Shown here: piece after piece, positions 47,943-58,298 of the stretch
Position numbering within the stretch: position 1 is the stretch's first letter
Layout: the number at the start of each line of letters is the position of its first letter
Assembly (NCBI GenBank): GCA_963713045.1
Contig: CAVQKE010000003.1
Span: 416,001 to 480,000 of the forward strand
Origin: an uncultured delta proteobacterium
Lineage (GTDB): Bacteria > Myxococcota > Myxococcia > Myxococcales > Myxococcaceae
Length of the DNA: 64,000 nucleotides
Direction: 5' to 3'
Made by a program: the position numbers and the translations under genes
Notes under the pieces: generated by a model
What the model was told of the DNA's origin: nothing
Database searches by the model: none
What the model saw: the letters and a program-made list of their open reading frames with translations, nothing else

Positions 47943-49502
47943 ATGCCCCGAATTCTTGGGCTCGACCTGGGTAGCTATGCGGTCAAGGCGGTGCTGCTCG
48001 ACGTGGGCCGGAGCACGTCGCTCGCCGGCTGGGCGGAAATCCGCCGCGGTGAGGGCACCCTGTCGGAGTCGCTTCGGGCCGCATTGGCCACCCTGCGGGC
48101 CGAGCACCCGTGGCAGACCGACCAGGTGGTGGTCGCCATGCCTGGCACATCGCTGGCCACCCATGCCTTGGTGCTCCCTTTCAAGGACGCCAAGCGCCTG
48201 GAGGCGGCGCTGCCATTCGAAGTCGAGAGTCAGCTTCCGGTGGAACTCGAGGACGTCGTCTTCGACTACCAGCCCGGGCAGCGGACCGAGCAGGGCACCG
48301 AATTGTTGGTTGGAGTCGTCCAAAAAAGCGAGGTGCGCTCGCTGCTGGAACTTCTGTCCCAGGCTGGCTTCGAGCCGCGCGTGGTCACCCATCCCGCCCT
48401 CGTTTACCGGTCGCTCTTCGTCGGGCGCCCGGAGCTGCTCGGCGTCAAAGCGGGCAGCCTCGCAGCGCTGGTCGACATCGGCCACGAGCGGACCTGCGTG
48501 GCCATTGGACACCCGGGCCAGGGGCTCACCTATGCGCGCGTCCTCTCCGGAGGTGGACGTGACATCACGCTGGGATTGGAGCGCGAGTTTGGCGTCTCGT
48601 CTGCCGACGCCGAGCGTTGGAAGGAACAAGATAGCTCGCTTGCGTCGGTCGGCGGCCCAGAGCATGCGCGCGCTCGAGAGGCCATCCGCGCAGCACTTCA
48701 ACCGCTGACGCGCGAGGTGCGCTCCACGCTGAAGGCGGCCGCGGGCCGTGACCGTCGACCGGTGGACCAGCTGCTACTCTGCGGTGGCACTTCGCAACTG
48801 CCGGGCTTACCCGAGGCCTGGGCCGCAGAGCTCGGCTTACCGACCAAGCTCTTGCCGACCGCCGAGCAGGCCGACCTGGGCCCGGAGCTACGCTCCAAGG
48901 CCGCCCAGGCCTGGGCCCTCGCGCTTCGCGGCAGCAGCCGAACCGACCGCTTCAATTTTCGGCGCGGAGACCAAGCGTTTTCGGGTCAGCTGGACGTGCT
49001 GCGCGGCCGCATTCCTCAGCTGGCCGTCTTCGCCGGGGTGCTGGTGGCACTGCTGGTCACATTCGGCGTCGTCCGCAGCGCCCTTCTCGGCCGTCGAGAG
49101 GCAACAGTCGATGCTCAGCTGTGCGAGCTGACGCGCCGGGTGCTGGGGACTTGCGAACGCAACTACGACCGGGCCCTCAACCTGCTTCGGGGTAAGGAGA
49201 GTCCAGCGGCTGCGCTGCCCAAGGTGTCCGCCGCAGGGCTGCTGGCTGAGGTCGCCGCTCGCGTTCCGGCGGATATGACACTCAAGCTCGACCAGTTGGT
49301 GGTGGACCTGGACCGGGTGCAGATGCGGGGTGAGACCGACAGCTCTAAGAGCATCGACCGGCTGGCAACGGCCTTGAAGACCTTCCGCTGTTTTCGCGAC
49401 GTGAAGGAAGGCAAAGTTGAGCGCACCAAGGACGGTGCCGGCGTCACCTTTCAGCTCGACGTACTCGTGGATTGCGGCGAACCGACGCCGCCGGCAGGGT
49501 GA
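47943..49502 (+). CDS. gspL: T2SS protein GspL (PilM-like actin-fold domain plus TM)
   Basis: ILGLDLGSYAVK, LVDIGHERT, LLCGGTSQLPG, then a TM helix and periplasmic domain; position in operon. Confidence 0.85.
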   Translation: MPRILGLDLGSYAVKAVLLDVGRSTSLAGWAEIRRGEGTLSESLRAALATLRAEHPWQTDQVVVAMPGTSLATHALVLPFKDAKRLEAALPFEVESQLPVELEDVVFDYQPGQRTEQGTELLVGVVQKSEVRSLLELLSQAGFEPRVVTHPALVYRSLFVGRPELLGVKAGSLAALVDIGHERTCVAIGHPGQGLTYARVLSGGGRDITLGLEREFGVSSADAERWKEQDSSLASVGGPEHARAREAIRAALQPLTREVRSTLKAAAGRDRRPVDQLLLCGGTSQLPGLPEAWAAELGLPTKLLPTAEQADLGPELRSKAAQAWALALRGSSRTDRFNFRRGDQAFSGQLDVLRGRIPQLAVFAGVLVALLVTFGVVRSALLGRREATVDAQLCELTRRVLGTCERNYDRALNLLRGKESPAAALPKVSAAGLLAEVAARVPADMTLKLDQLVVDLDRVQMRGETDSSKSIDRLATALKTFRCFRDVKEGKVERTKDGAGVTFQLDVLVDCGEPTPPAG

Positions 49503-49506
49503 GGCG

Positions 49507-50070
49507 ATGGACCAGCTGAGAGAGCTCTGGGCAAACGCACAGACCTGGTTCAACGGCCTCTCCCGCCGAGAAAAGGTCCTTTTGGCCTCGGCCAGTGCAG
49601 CGGTGGTTTTCTTCGTCTTCTTCGTGACGCTTTTCTCTCTGGCCAATGCCGCGGCGGATACGCGCCGGCGAACGGAAAGCAAGCTGTCCCAGCTCGCCGA
49701 AGCGCAAGCCTTGTCCCAAAGCTACGCCGAAGCGGAGCGCGTACGAAAAGCCGACGAAGCGCAGCTTTCTACCAGTGGCGTCAGCCTCATCACCTACATC
49801 GTCGAGAGGGGGACCGAAGCCGGCCTGGACATTCCCGCCCTAACGCCCAAGGCCGACGCTCCGGTCGGAGACGGCCGAATCATCGAGAGCACTGTCGAGC
49901 TCACCCTCACCGACGTTCCCCTTTCCAAGCTGGCTGCCTTCCTTTCCGCGGTTGAGCGGGGTCCAGGAATGGTGAAGGTGAAGTCGCTTCGCATCGAGCC
50001 CCGCCCGAAGGACAACGTCCTGACTGCATGGGCCACGGTTTCGACCTACAAACTGAAGGAAGCTCCGTGA
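49507..50070 (+). CDS. gspM: T2SS protein GspM
   Basis: LSRREKVLL plus TM helix; coiled coil; ferredoxin-like VELTLTDVPLSKLAAFL. Confidence 0.82.
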   Translation: MDQLRELWANAQTWFNGLSRREKVLLASASAAVVFFVFFVTLFSLANAAADTRRRTESKLSQLAEAQALSQSYAEAERVRKADEAQLSTSGVSLITYIVERGTEAGLDIPALTPKADAPVGDGRIIESTVELTLTDVPLSKLAAFLSAVERGPGMVKVKSLRIEPRPKDNVLTAWATVSTYKLKEAP

Positions 50071-50984
50071 CCGACGCCGCACCGCGCTTCCGACTTCAAC
50101 TCAAGCCGTGGCACCGCAATCTGGGCCTCGGTCTGTTCGGACTGGTTTGCTTTCTTCTTTTCCTCGCACTCACCTTTCCAGTCGACGCCGCGCGGTCCAG
50201 ACTCCAGGCCGAGGCCGAGCGCGCCGGGTTGGTGCTGCGCATGGACAGCCTTTCCGCGGGCCTGTTCAGCATGACGGCACGCCGAGTTCGAATCAGCCGC
50301 GCCGCGGACTTGGACGCCGTCCCCCTGGTGGTCGACCAGATGAGCGTTCGCCCGACTTTTTTTCCGCCCGGACTGGCCGTCCAGGCGGCCCTGCTGGGGG
50401 GAAGCGCCTCGGCCTCATTGCCCAAGTCTGGTCAGTCGCTTCGCCTCAAGATGAACGGCATCGACCTTTCGCAAGCAAACCTCAAGGCACTGGCCAACGT
50501 CGATGCCGCCGGGAAACTCGATGGAGAAATCTCCTTTGACATGCCGCTGGTGCGGGGAGAGGCCGACCTGTCCCAAGCAAGTGGCGTGGTGCGCTTCAAC
50601 GGAACAGACCTCGTCCTGAAAGGCGGTACGGTGACGCTCCCGGTGTTCGGCACGCCGACACCGGTGGACCTGCCCAAAGCGGCCCTCGGCACACTCGACG
50701 GCGAGGTCACCTTCGAACGGGGCGCTGGAACGGTGCAGCACCTCCACCTCAAGGGGGAGGATTTGGAGTCACTGGCAACCGGAACGGTGAAACTGGCGCG
50801 CAAGCCGGAGTATGTCGAGCTGGCGCTTCGGCTTAAGCTTCGACTGGAGGCGGAGTTTCTAAAGCGTCTTGGGGTTGTGGGCGCCGGCTTTAGCGTCCTG
50901 CCGCTCGATGGAGAGCAGCCTGGCTTCCGCGACCTCCGCGTGAGCGGGTACTTGGGAACGCCAACTTTCGCTCCCGGCCGCTAG
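50067..50984 (+). CDS. gspN: T2SS protein GspN
   Basis: GTG at 50067 overlaps the gspM stop; N-terminal TM ending LTFP; beta-rich body ending SGYLGTP. Confidence 0.8.
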   Translation: MTDAAPRFRLQLKPWHRNLGLGLFGLVCFLLFLALTFPVDAARSRLQAEAERAGLVLRMDSLSAGLFSMTARRVRISRAADLDAVPLVVDQMSVRPTFFPPGLAVQAALLGGSASASLPKSGQSLRLKMNGIDLSQANLKALANVDAAGKLDGEISFDMPLVRGEADLSQASGVVRFNGTDLVLKGGTVTLPVFGTPTPVDLPKAALGTLDGEVTFERGAGTVQHLHLKGEDLESLATGTVKLARKPEYVELALRLKLRLEAEFLKRLGVVGAGFSVLPLDGEQPGFRDLRVSGYLGTPTFAPGR

Positions 50985-51046
50985 CGTTTGAACTCTGGAA
51001 AGCCGGCGTGCTATGGCTTTGGTCGGTTCGTCACGGGGGGACCGAC

Positions 51047-52435
<1,389 letters not shown>

Positions 52436-52546
52436 CGGGCAACTTCGGGCGTTTGCAGGGCGCTTTGAAATCCGTCGGCCGGTCGTCCGTACCTAGGGTG
52501 CATGGTGCCATGGACAGCCCCGTTGCGCTCAGCGAGTCTGCCGTGG

Positions 52547-53278
52547 ATGGACTCGTCGCTGCCATCCAGCCGCGTCGACGCCGCGAAGGTGCTGTTGCTG
52601 TTAGCGTTTGTCGGCGTCGGCCTCGTCTTCTGGGACTCGCCGGTCCTCACACCGGTGAAGCTGCTGGTGGTGATGGGGCATGAGAGTGGGCACGCGGCTG
52701 CAACGCTGCTTGCCGGTGGGCAAGTCCAGCGGGTGGTGCTCTCCGCCAACCAATCCGGAGCCTGTCTCTCCGTCCTCCCGCCAGGTGCTTGGAGAACCAT
52801 CCTCGTTTACTCGGCCGGGTACGTGGGAAGCGCTGTGGCCGGTGCCGTGCTCCTGCTGCTCGCGTTTCGCTTCGGGCTCGCCCGCGGAGTGCTGGCTGCT
52901 TACTCGGTGTGGCTCGCAGCCATCGCGTTTCTCGTCGCCGGCAGCTTCTTCACCGTCGCGTTTTGCCTCGGGATGGCCGCCGTGCTGGGAGCCGCCGCGC
53001 GGTGGCTGCCGCTGCTGGGTGTGAGGTTGGTGGTGCTTTTTCTGGCCACCTTCACCGGCCTGTACGCTCTTTTCGATTTGCGCGACGACTTGTGGAACTC
53101 CGCGGCCCGCGCCCAGAGCGACGCGGCCCTGCTGGCGGCACAAACTCCCGTCCCGGCACTGGTGTGGGCCGGGCTTTGGACCGCGTTAAGCGTCGTCATC
53201 CTTGGCTGGGGAGCGGTGCTGTCCCTTCGGTCACGTCCGGGACCCTCCACTCTTGCGGCGGCGAGAGACCCGGCTTAA
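52547..53278 (+). CDS. M50B-like membrane metallopeptidase
   Basis: GHESGH zinc motif, SAGYVG, SDA third-ligand motif; about six TM helices. Confidence 0.85.
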   Translation: MDSSLPSSRVDAAKVLLLLAFVGVGLVFWDSPVLTPVKLLVVMGHESGHAAATLLAGGQVQRVVLSANQSGACLSVLPPGAWRTILVYSAGYVGSAVAGAVLLLLAFRFGLARGVLAAYSVWLAAIAFLVAGSFFTVAFCLGMAAVLGAAARWLPLLGVRLVVLFLATFTGLYALFDLRDDLWNSAARAQSDAALLAAQTPVPALVWAGLWTALSVVILGWGAVLSLRSRPGPSTLAAARDPA

Positions 53279-53408
53279 AGGCGGCCCTGGCTTCGGAGGG
53301 CACAGTGTTCGCACTTTCCAACTGCCTGTTACTCGTCGCTGCACCGGCACTCGACGTCCCAGTCACGCCTGCCGAGGGGCCGAACGGGCTCAACCAGGAG
53401 CCAAAGTG

Positions 53409-53621
53409 ATGCGCACTCTGCTGGCCAGCCTGATGCTTGTCCTCGGTGCGTGCAGTTTCGCTCCGGCCAAACCGGACGACCGGCTCCCGTTGCCACCCGG
53501 TACGGAGCCGGCCGACGCCGGCCCGTCCGCCACCATTCCAGCTGAGGGAGGCTTCGCCCCCAACGGCCTGAAGCTGTACGTGATGGAACGCACCGGCCAG
53601 CAGGGTCGGGGCGGCGACTGA
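53409..53621 (+). CDS. Short putative lipoprotein, possibly truncated
   Basis: MRTLLASLMLVLGAC lipobox; 70 aa. Confidence 0.45.
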   Translation: MRTLLASLMLVLGACSFAPAKPDDRLPLPPGTEPADAGPSATIPAEGGFAPNGLKLYVMERTGQQGRGGD

Positions 53622-53718
53622 GATGCTCCAGGCGCGACCCAGAGGGAAAGCCGCTCCAAGAGGCGACACCCGCCGTTAGCGCCTCGCGCATCTGGTACGG
53701 ACGAACGACGCCGTATCC

Positions 53719-54007
53719 GTGAATTGGAAGTGGGGCTTCAAGGCGGGCGAGTACCAGGACAACATCCTGCTGGCCCCAGCTCGAGTACCGGCTCCAGATC
53801 CTCACCTGGCTGGGAGCGGTCGCATTCTTCGGCATCGGCGAGATCGAGCCAAACCTCGAGATCCTCACGTTCAAGGACCTACTCCCCGCGGGCGGTGTCG
53901 GCGCCCGTGTCACCCTTGCCCGGGCGAATCAAGTCAACGCCCGTGTCGACGTCGCCTTCAGCAGGGAGGGGGTGACCTTCTACCTATCCATCGGGGAAGC
54001 GTTCTGA
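53719..54007 (+). pseudogene. 3' remnant of an Omp85/BamA-TamA-family outer-membrane protein
   Basis: With one extra C removed near 53775 it reads WGFKAGEYQDNILLAQLEYRLQ...GGVGARV...NARVDVAF...FYLSIGEAF*; only the terminal strands are present. Confidence 0.7.
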
Positions 54008-54137
54008 ACGACTCTCTCCAACGAGTCCGCGGGGGCGCCGGGCCTGCACTGGTCACCTTCGCTCAAAAATCCCACGGTCAGCCGGCCGGTCCCACGGCAT
54101 TGGGCTGAAGAGGACAGGGAGCTTCGGTGCTCCTCGC

Positions 54138-54602
54138 TTAATGAAAGCTGCCACCATCAAGCACCGGGGCGGCCGTTGATATTCGCGTCATCGAGAACGA
54201 AATGTTTAGCCGCGCGGGAGTTCCACCATCGACCGTTAACGGGTCGGTGGACGGATCGATTCCCGATAGCAGGCCCGCATCTAGTGTTGCGTTGATGGTG
54301 TCTCCAGAGAACGCCGTATAAAGCACAACGCTTGCACCGGTGCGTGTACCCGAGAGTGTGTCTATGGAGTGAAACTGGGTCGAGTCTAGGGGGTCGCTCA
54401 CGAGCTCGCGGCCAGTGATTGTGCCCGCGTCTTCGCTAAGGATGAACTGCAGCTGAGCTACCTGCGTGCCCGCATCGATGGGGCCCTGCCACGTTCCCGT
54501 GATGTTTTGTTGCATGGGCGGCGCCGGCTGCTGCTGAGTACTCGTGCTTGTCCTTGTGCAGCCAACAACGAGCAGGAGAACCGCCAGGGATTCCATCTTC
54601 AT
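54138..54602 (-). CDS. Hypothetical lipoprotein, lower GC than flanks
   Basis: Lipobox VVGC; NITGTWQG; two sampled 60-nt lines are 53% and 57% GC. Confidence 0.7.
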   Translation of the reverse strand: MKMESLAVLLLVVGCTRTSTSTQQQPAPPMQQNITGTWQGPIDAGTQVAQLQFILSEDAGTITGRELVSDPLDSTQFHSIDTLSGTRTGASVVLYTAFSGDTINATLDAGLLSGIDPSTDPLTVDGGTPARLNISFSMTRISTAAPVLDGGSFH

Positions 54603-54728
54603 CGGCACCTTTAGGCGCAGCACTGGCAGACGCTCTCTTGGGCCTTGTTGTGCGCATCTGCGCCGAAGCTCGAACTGATTGCCAGGTTAGCTAAGGCGGT
54701 AACCGCCCGGTCGCAGAGGACCTAGGGT

Positions 54729-55409
54729 TTACCCCCGCCTCGGCCGCATCCGGTACTTGACGAAAGACGCAGCGTCCGTGAATTGGAAGTAGGGGTTCTG
54801 GGCCGCTTCGCGCTCCAGCGATGAGACTGGGACGTCGCCATAGTCATGCCCCGGAAAGAGCCGGGTGCGGCCGGGCAGCTTTCCGAGAACATCTTTCAGG
54901 GAATGAAACATCTGCCCCGGGTCACCGCCTTGTAGGTCGCAGCGCCCACAGCCGTTGACGAAGAGGGTGTCTCCGGCGACGAGCGCATCGCCGGCCATCA
55001 GGCATTGCGAGCCAGGCGTATGGCCGGGAGTGTGGACCGCCGTCGCCTGCACCCCGCCCAGCGGCACGGCGTCTCCCGGCGCCAGCCGCTTGAGTGCGTC
55101 TCCGAAGGCTCGAAGGTCCTCGGAAAAGTCGACCTCTGCCCGCTGGGCGTAAACGGGCACGTCGCGCCGACGCAGCAGCTCGGCGACGCCGTTGATGTGG
55201 TCTTTGTGGCTGTGCGTGAGGAGAATACCGGCCAGGGACTTGTGCTGCGCAACGCACGCCGCTTCGATGGCGTCGACATCCCAAGCCGGGTCCACCACAC
55301 ACACCTCTGGCTGCCCTTCCGTCCCCACCAGGTAGACGAAGTTTTGCATTGGGCCGAGTGGAAACTGGTGGACGAAGACAGACCCGGGCGCGGCGGAAAG
55401 GTTGGCCAC
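54729..55409 (-). CDS. MBL-fold metallo-hydrolase (glyoxalase II-like)
   Basis: LTHSHKDH, HTPGHTPGS, GDTLF, CGRCD, PGHDY; start approximate. Confidence 0.9.
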   Translation of the reverse strand: MANLSAAPGSVFVHQFPLGPMQNFVYLVGTEGQPEVCVVDPAWDVDAIEAACVAQHKSLAGILLTHSHKDHINGVAELLRRRDVPVYAQRAEVDFSEDLRAFGDALKRLAPGDAVPLGGVQATAVHTPGHTPGSQCLMAGDALVAGDTLFVNGCGRCDLQGGDPGQMFHSLKDVLGKLPGRTRLFPGHDYGDVPVSSLEREAAQNPYFQFTDAASFVKYRMRPRRG

Positions 55410-55465
55410 GCCACATGGTCCCATTGCCCAAGAAGCCCGTCCAGGCCGTTCGTTCGCTGCGCCAG

Positions 55466-55882
55466 CTACCGCTCGAGCGCCCGAGCCCGCATCCTCTCCC
55501 GGATGGGCTCGTTGTCGCAGTAAACGCGCCACTCGACGACTTTTCCGTCGTCGACAACCGCCCTCCACGCCGTAGGCGTTTCCCACCGGTTCTCTGGCGT
55601 CACTGTGGCGCCTACGGGAAGAAACGTTCCTCCAGCCCGTCCAAAGGCGACGACGACCTCACCCTCGGTCATCAGCTGGTCCAGCCGAATCCAGTAGTCC
55701 GGGACCATCGAGAAGTATTGTTTCCATCCCTCACGCGCCATGGCGTACGGAAACCTGTTCCCCAACGAATCAACGAAGTCGTACTGCGGCGACATCAAGC
55801 CAATGAGGCCCTCCACATCATGCGCGTTGATTCGCATGACGAATGTGCGGACAACGTCGGCTGGGGAAGCAGGGCCACTCAT
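55466..55882 (-). CDS. SnoaL-like / NTF2 family protein
   Basis: VVRTFVMRINAHDVEGL, DGKVVEWRVYCD. Confidence 0.8.
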   Translation of the reverse strand: MSGPASPADVVRTFVMRINAHDVEGLIGLMSPQYDFVDSLGNRFPYAMAREGWKQYFSMVPDYWIRLDQLMTEGEVVVAFGRAGGTFLPVGATVTPENRWETPTAWRAVVDDGKVVEWRVYCDNEPIRERMRARALER

Positions 55883-55898
55883 TGGCGTCACGGGTACC

Positions 55899-56336
55899 TT
55901 ACGTCGAAGAAGTCGAGGCAGACCCAAGGCGCCGGCGCATGTGCCGGTGGGCGATGCCGACCTCCATGAAGGGCTCACCGAAAGTCTCATACCCGAGCCA
56001 TTCATAAAAGCCGACCGCGGCGTCGCGTGCGTGCAGCGTCACCGTGCGAAAACCGCTCCGGGCGACCTCAGCCTCGAGCTCCCGTACCAGCCGGGTGCCG
56101 AGGTGCTGTCCCTGCCGCGTCGGCTCGACGGCCATTTGGAAGAGCCGTCCGGTGTCGCGGCCCTCGGGGTGGAACAGGACGCACCCCACCACCTCGCCTT
56201 CGTCCACGGCGAGGAGGTGAAGACTTTCTGCTTCAAAAGGGAAACGCGTGGCCTCCCGGGGGTGCCCAAGGGGCGCGCGCAGCACCCGCCACCGGAGCTC
56301 GACTTCAGCCGCATACAGCGGGTGCGACAACGTCAC
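55899..56336 (-). CDS. GNAT family N-acetyltransferase
   Basis: LRWRVLRAPLG, QMAV..TRQGQHLG acetyl-CoA motif, AVGFYEWLGY; true start may be CTG at 56360 overlapping the parE stop. Confidence 0.88.
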   Translation of the reverse strand: MTLSHPLYAAEVELRWRVLRAPLGHPREATRFPFEAESLHLLAVDEGEVVGCVLFHPEGRDTGRLFQMAVEPTRQGQHLGTRLVRELEAEVARSGFRTVTLHARDAAVGFYEWLGYETFGEPFMEVGIAHRHMRRRLGSASTSST

Positions 56337-56356
56337 CCAGCAAAGCTCGACCGAGC

Positions 56357-58294
56357 TCAGACGTCGAGCTCCTCGCCGGCGACTTCGCCAGCGCGCTCCA
56401 TGATGAACTTGAAGCGCGCGCTCACGTCTCGGCCGAGCAAGTCGTTGATGACGCGGTCGGTTTCCAGCTCGTTGGCGATGGACACCCGGAGACTGGCTCG
56501 GTGCTTGGGGTCCAGGGTGGTGGCCTTCAGGTCCTCGGCTTGCATTTCCCCGAGGCCTTTGAAGCGGGTGATGCTCGGCTTCGCGTTCCCCTTCACCTTC
56601 TCTTTCAAAATCCGGTCGCGGTCGGCCTCATCGAGAGCCCAGTAGGTGTCCTTGCCGACGTCGATGCGGTAGAGCGGGGGCTGCGAGAGGTGCACCACCC
56701 CTGCCCCAATGAGGGGCCGCAAATGTCGGTAGAAAAACGTGAGGAGCAGGGTGGCGATGTGATGACCATCTGAGTCCGCGTCCATCAAGAGGAAGACTCG
56801 CCCGTAGCGCAGCTTCGCCATGTCCAGCGCCGGGCCGATGCCACAGCCGAGCGCGCTGACAATGTCCTGCAGCTCTTTATTGCTCGACACCTTGTCCAGG
56901 GAGGCCTGCTCCGCGTTGAGGACTTTGCCGCGCAGCGGAAGGATGGCTTGGGTGCGCCGGTCGCGGCCTTGTTTGGCTGAACCGCCGGCCGAGTCTCCCT
57001 CGACGATGAAGAGTTCGCTTTCCCTCGGGTCGGTGGAGGCGCAGTCAGCCAGCTTCCCAGGTAGGTTGAGGTGGTGGCTGACGCCCTTGCGGCTCACTGC
57101 CAGTGACGCCGCCCGTGAGGCCTCGCGGGCCCGTGCCGCCAGCACAATCCGGGCGACAATGGATTCGGCCACGCTTTGGTTGTCGTTGAGCCACTTCTCG
57201 AGTGCTGGACGGACGGCGGAGTCCACAGCGGCTAGCATTTCCGGGTTGTTCAGCCGGCCCTTGGTTTGCCCCTGAAATTGCGGCTCAAGGACGTAGGTGG
57301 AGAGCAGCGCCACCATGCCCTCGCGGATGTCCTCGGCGGTGAGGGTGACTCCTTTGGGAGTAAGGCTGTGGGTCTCGATGTAGTTGCGGACGGCCTTCAC
57401 CATTCCCGAACGCAGGCCGGCTTCGTGCGTCCCGCCGTTGGGAGTCGGAATGCCATTGACGAAGGACAGAACGTGCTCATCGGTGGACTCGGTCCAACAC
57501 AGGGCAAGTTCCAACCGGACGCCATTCTCTCGGGACAGGTAGAACTGCCCGCCGCCGGATGGCACCGGCGCTTTGCCCCGCTCGGCGATGAGCTTGGGAA
57601 GGTACTCGGCGATGCCCCCTTCATGCAGAAACGTCGACTCCGATGGCGGGCTCGCCGTCTGGTCCCGAAAGCGCACCACCATGCCCCGGTGCAGGTAGCT
57701 CCGCATCTCAAGCCGCTCGCGGATGAGTTCCGGGTCAAAGTGCAGCTTCTCTCCGAAAATCTCCGTGTCCGGGGTAAAGGTGGTGGTGGTGCCCGAGCCG
57801 CGCGCCGGCCCCACCACTTTCAGCGCCTGCATGGGCTGTCCGCGGGCATAGGGTTGCTGGTACCGCTTCCCATCCCGGCGGACTTCCACCAGCAGTTTGC
57901 TGCTCAGCGCATTGACGACGCTACTGCCCACCCCGTGCAGACCGCCGGAGTGGAGGTAGTTCCCCTGCTCAAATTTCCCGCCCGAGTGCAGCGTGGTGAG
58001 GATGACCTCGAGCGCTGGCTTCCGGTACTTGGCCATCACATCGACCGGGATGCCGCGCCCGTCGTCGGCCACGGTGACGGTTTTTCCATCCTTGTGGAGG
58101 GTCACCTCCACCTCGGTGGCATAGCTGTTGATGACTTCGTCGACGCTGTTGTCGACAATCTCCCACAGCAGATGATGGTACCCGGACTGGTCCGCTCCGC
58201 CGATGTACATGGCGGGACGCTTGCGCACGGGCTCCAGGCCTTCCAGCACCTGGATGTCGCTGGCCGTGTAGGTCGCTTTTCGTGCGGTGGCCAT
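56357..58294 (-). CDS. parE: Type IIA topoisomerase B subunit (ParE-like)
   Basis: [63 protein letters not shown]. Confidence 0.88.
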   Translation of the reverse strand: MATARKATYTASDIQVLEGLEPVRKRPAMYIGGADQSGYHHLLWEIVDNSVDEVINSYATEVEVTLHKDGKTVTVADDGRGIPVDVMAKYRKPALEVILTTLHSGGKFEQGNYLHSGGLHGVGSSVVNALSSKLLVEVRRDGKRYQQPYARGQPMQALKVVGPARGSGTTTTFTPDTEIFGEKLHFDPELIRERLEMRSYLHRGMVVRFRDQTASPPSESTFLHEGGIAEYLPKLIAERGKAPVPSGGGQFYLSRENGVRLELALCWTESTDEHVLSFVNGIPTPNGGTHEAGLRSGMVKAVRNYIETHSLTPKGVTLTAEDIREGMVALLSTYVLEPQFQGQTKGRLNNPEMLAAVDSAVRPALEKWLNDNQSVAESIVARIVLAARAREASRAASLAVSRKGVSHHLNLPGKLADCASTDPRESELFIVEGDSAGGSAKQGRDRRTQAILPLRGKVLNAEQASLDKVSSNKELQDIVSALGCGIGPALDMAKLRYGRVFLLMDADSDGHHIATLLLTFFYRHLRPLIGAGVVHLSQPPLYRIDVGKDTYWALDEADRDRILKEKVKGNAKPSITRFKGLGEMQAEDLKATTLDPKHRASLRVSIANELETDRVINDLLGRDVSARFKFIMERAGEVAGEELDV

Positions 58295-58298
58295 GGCG

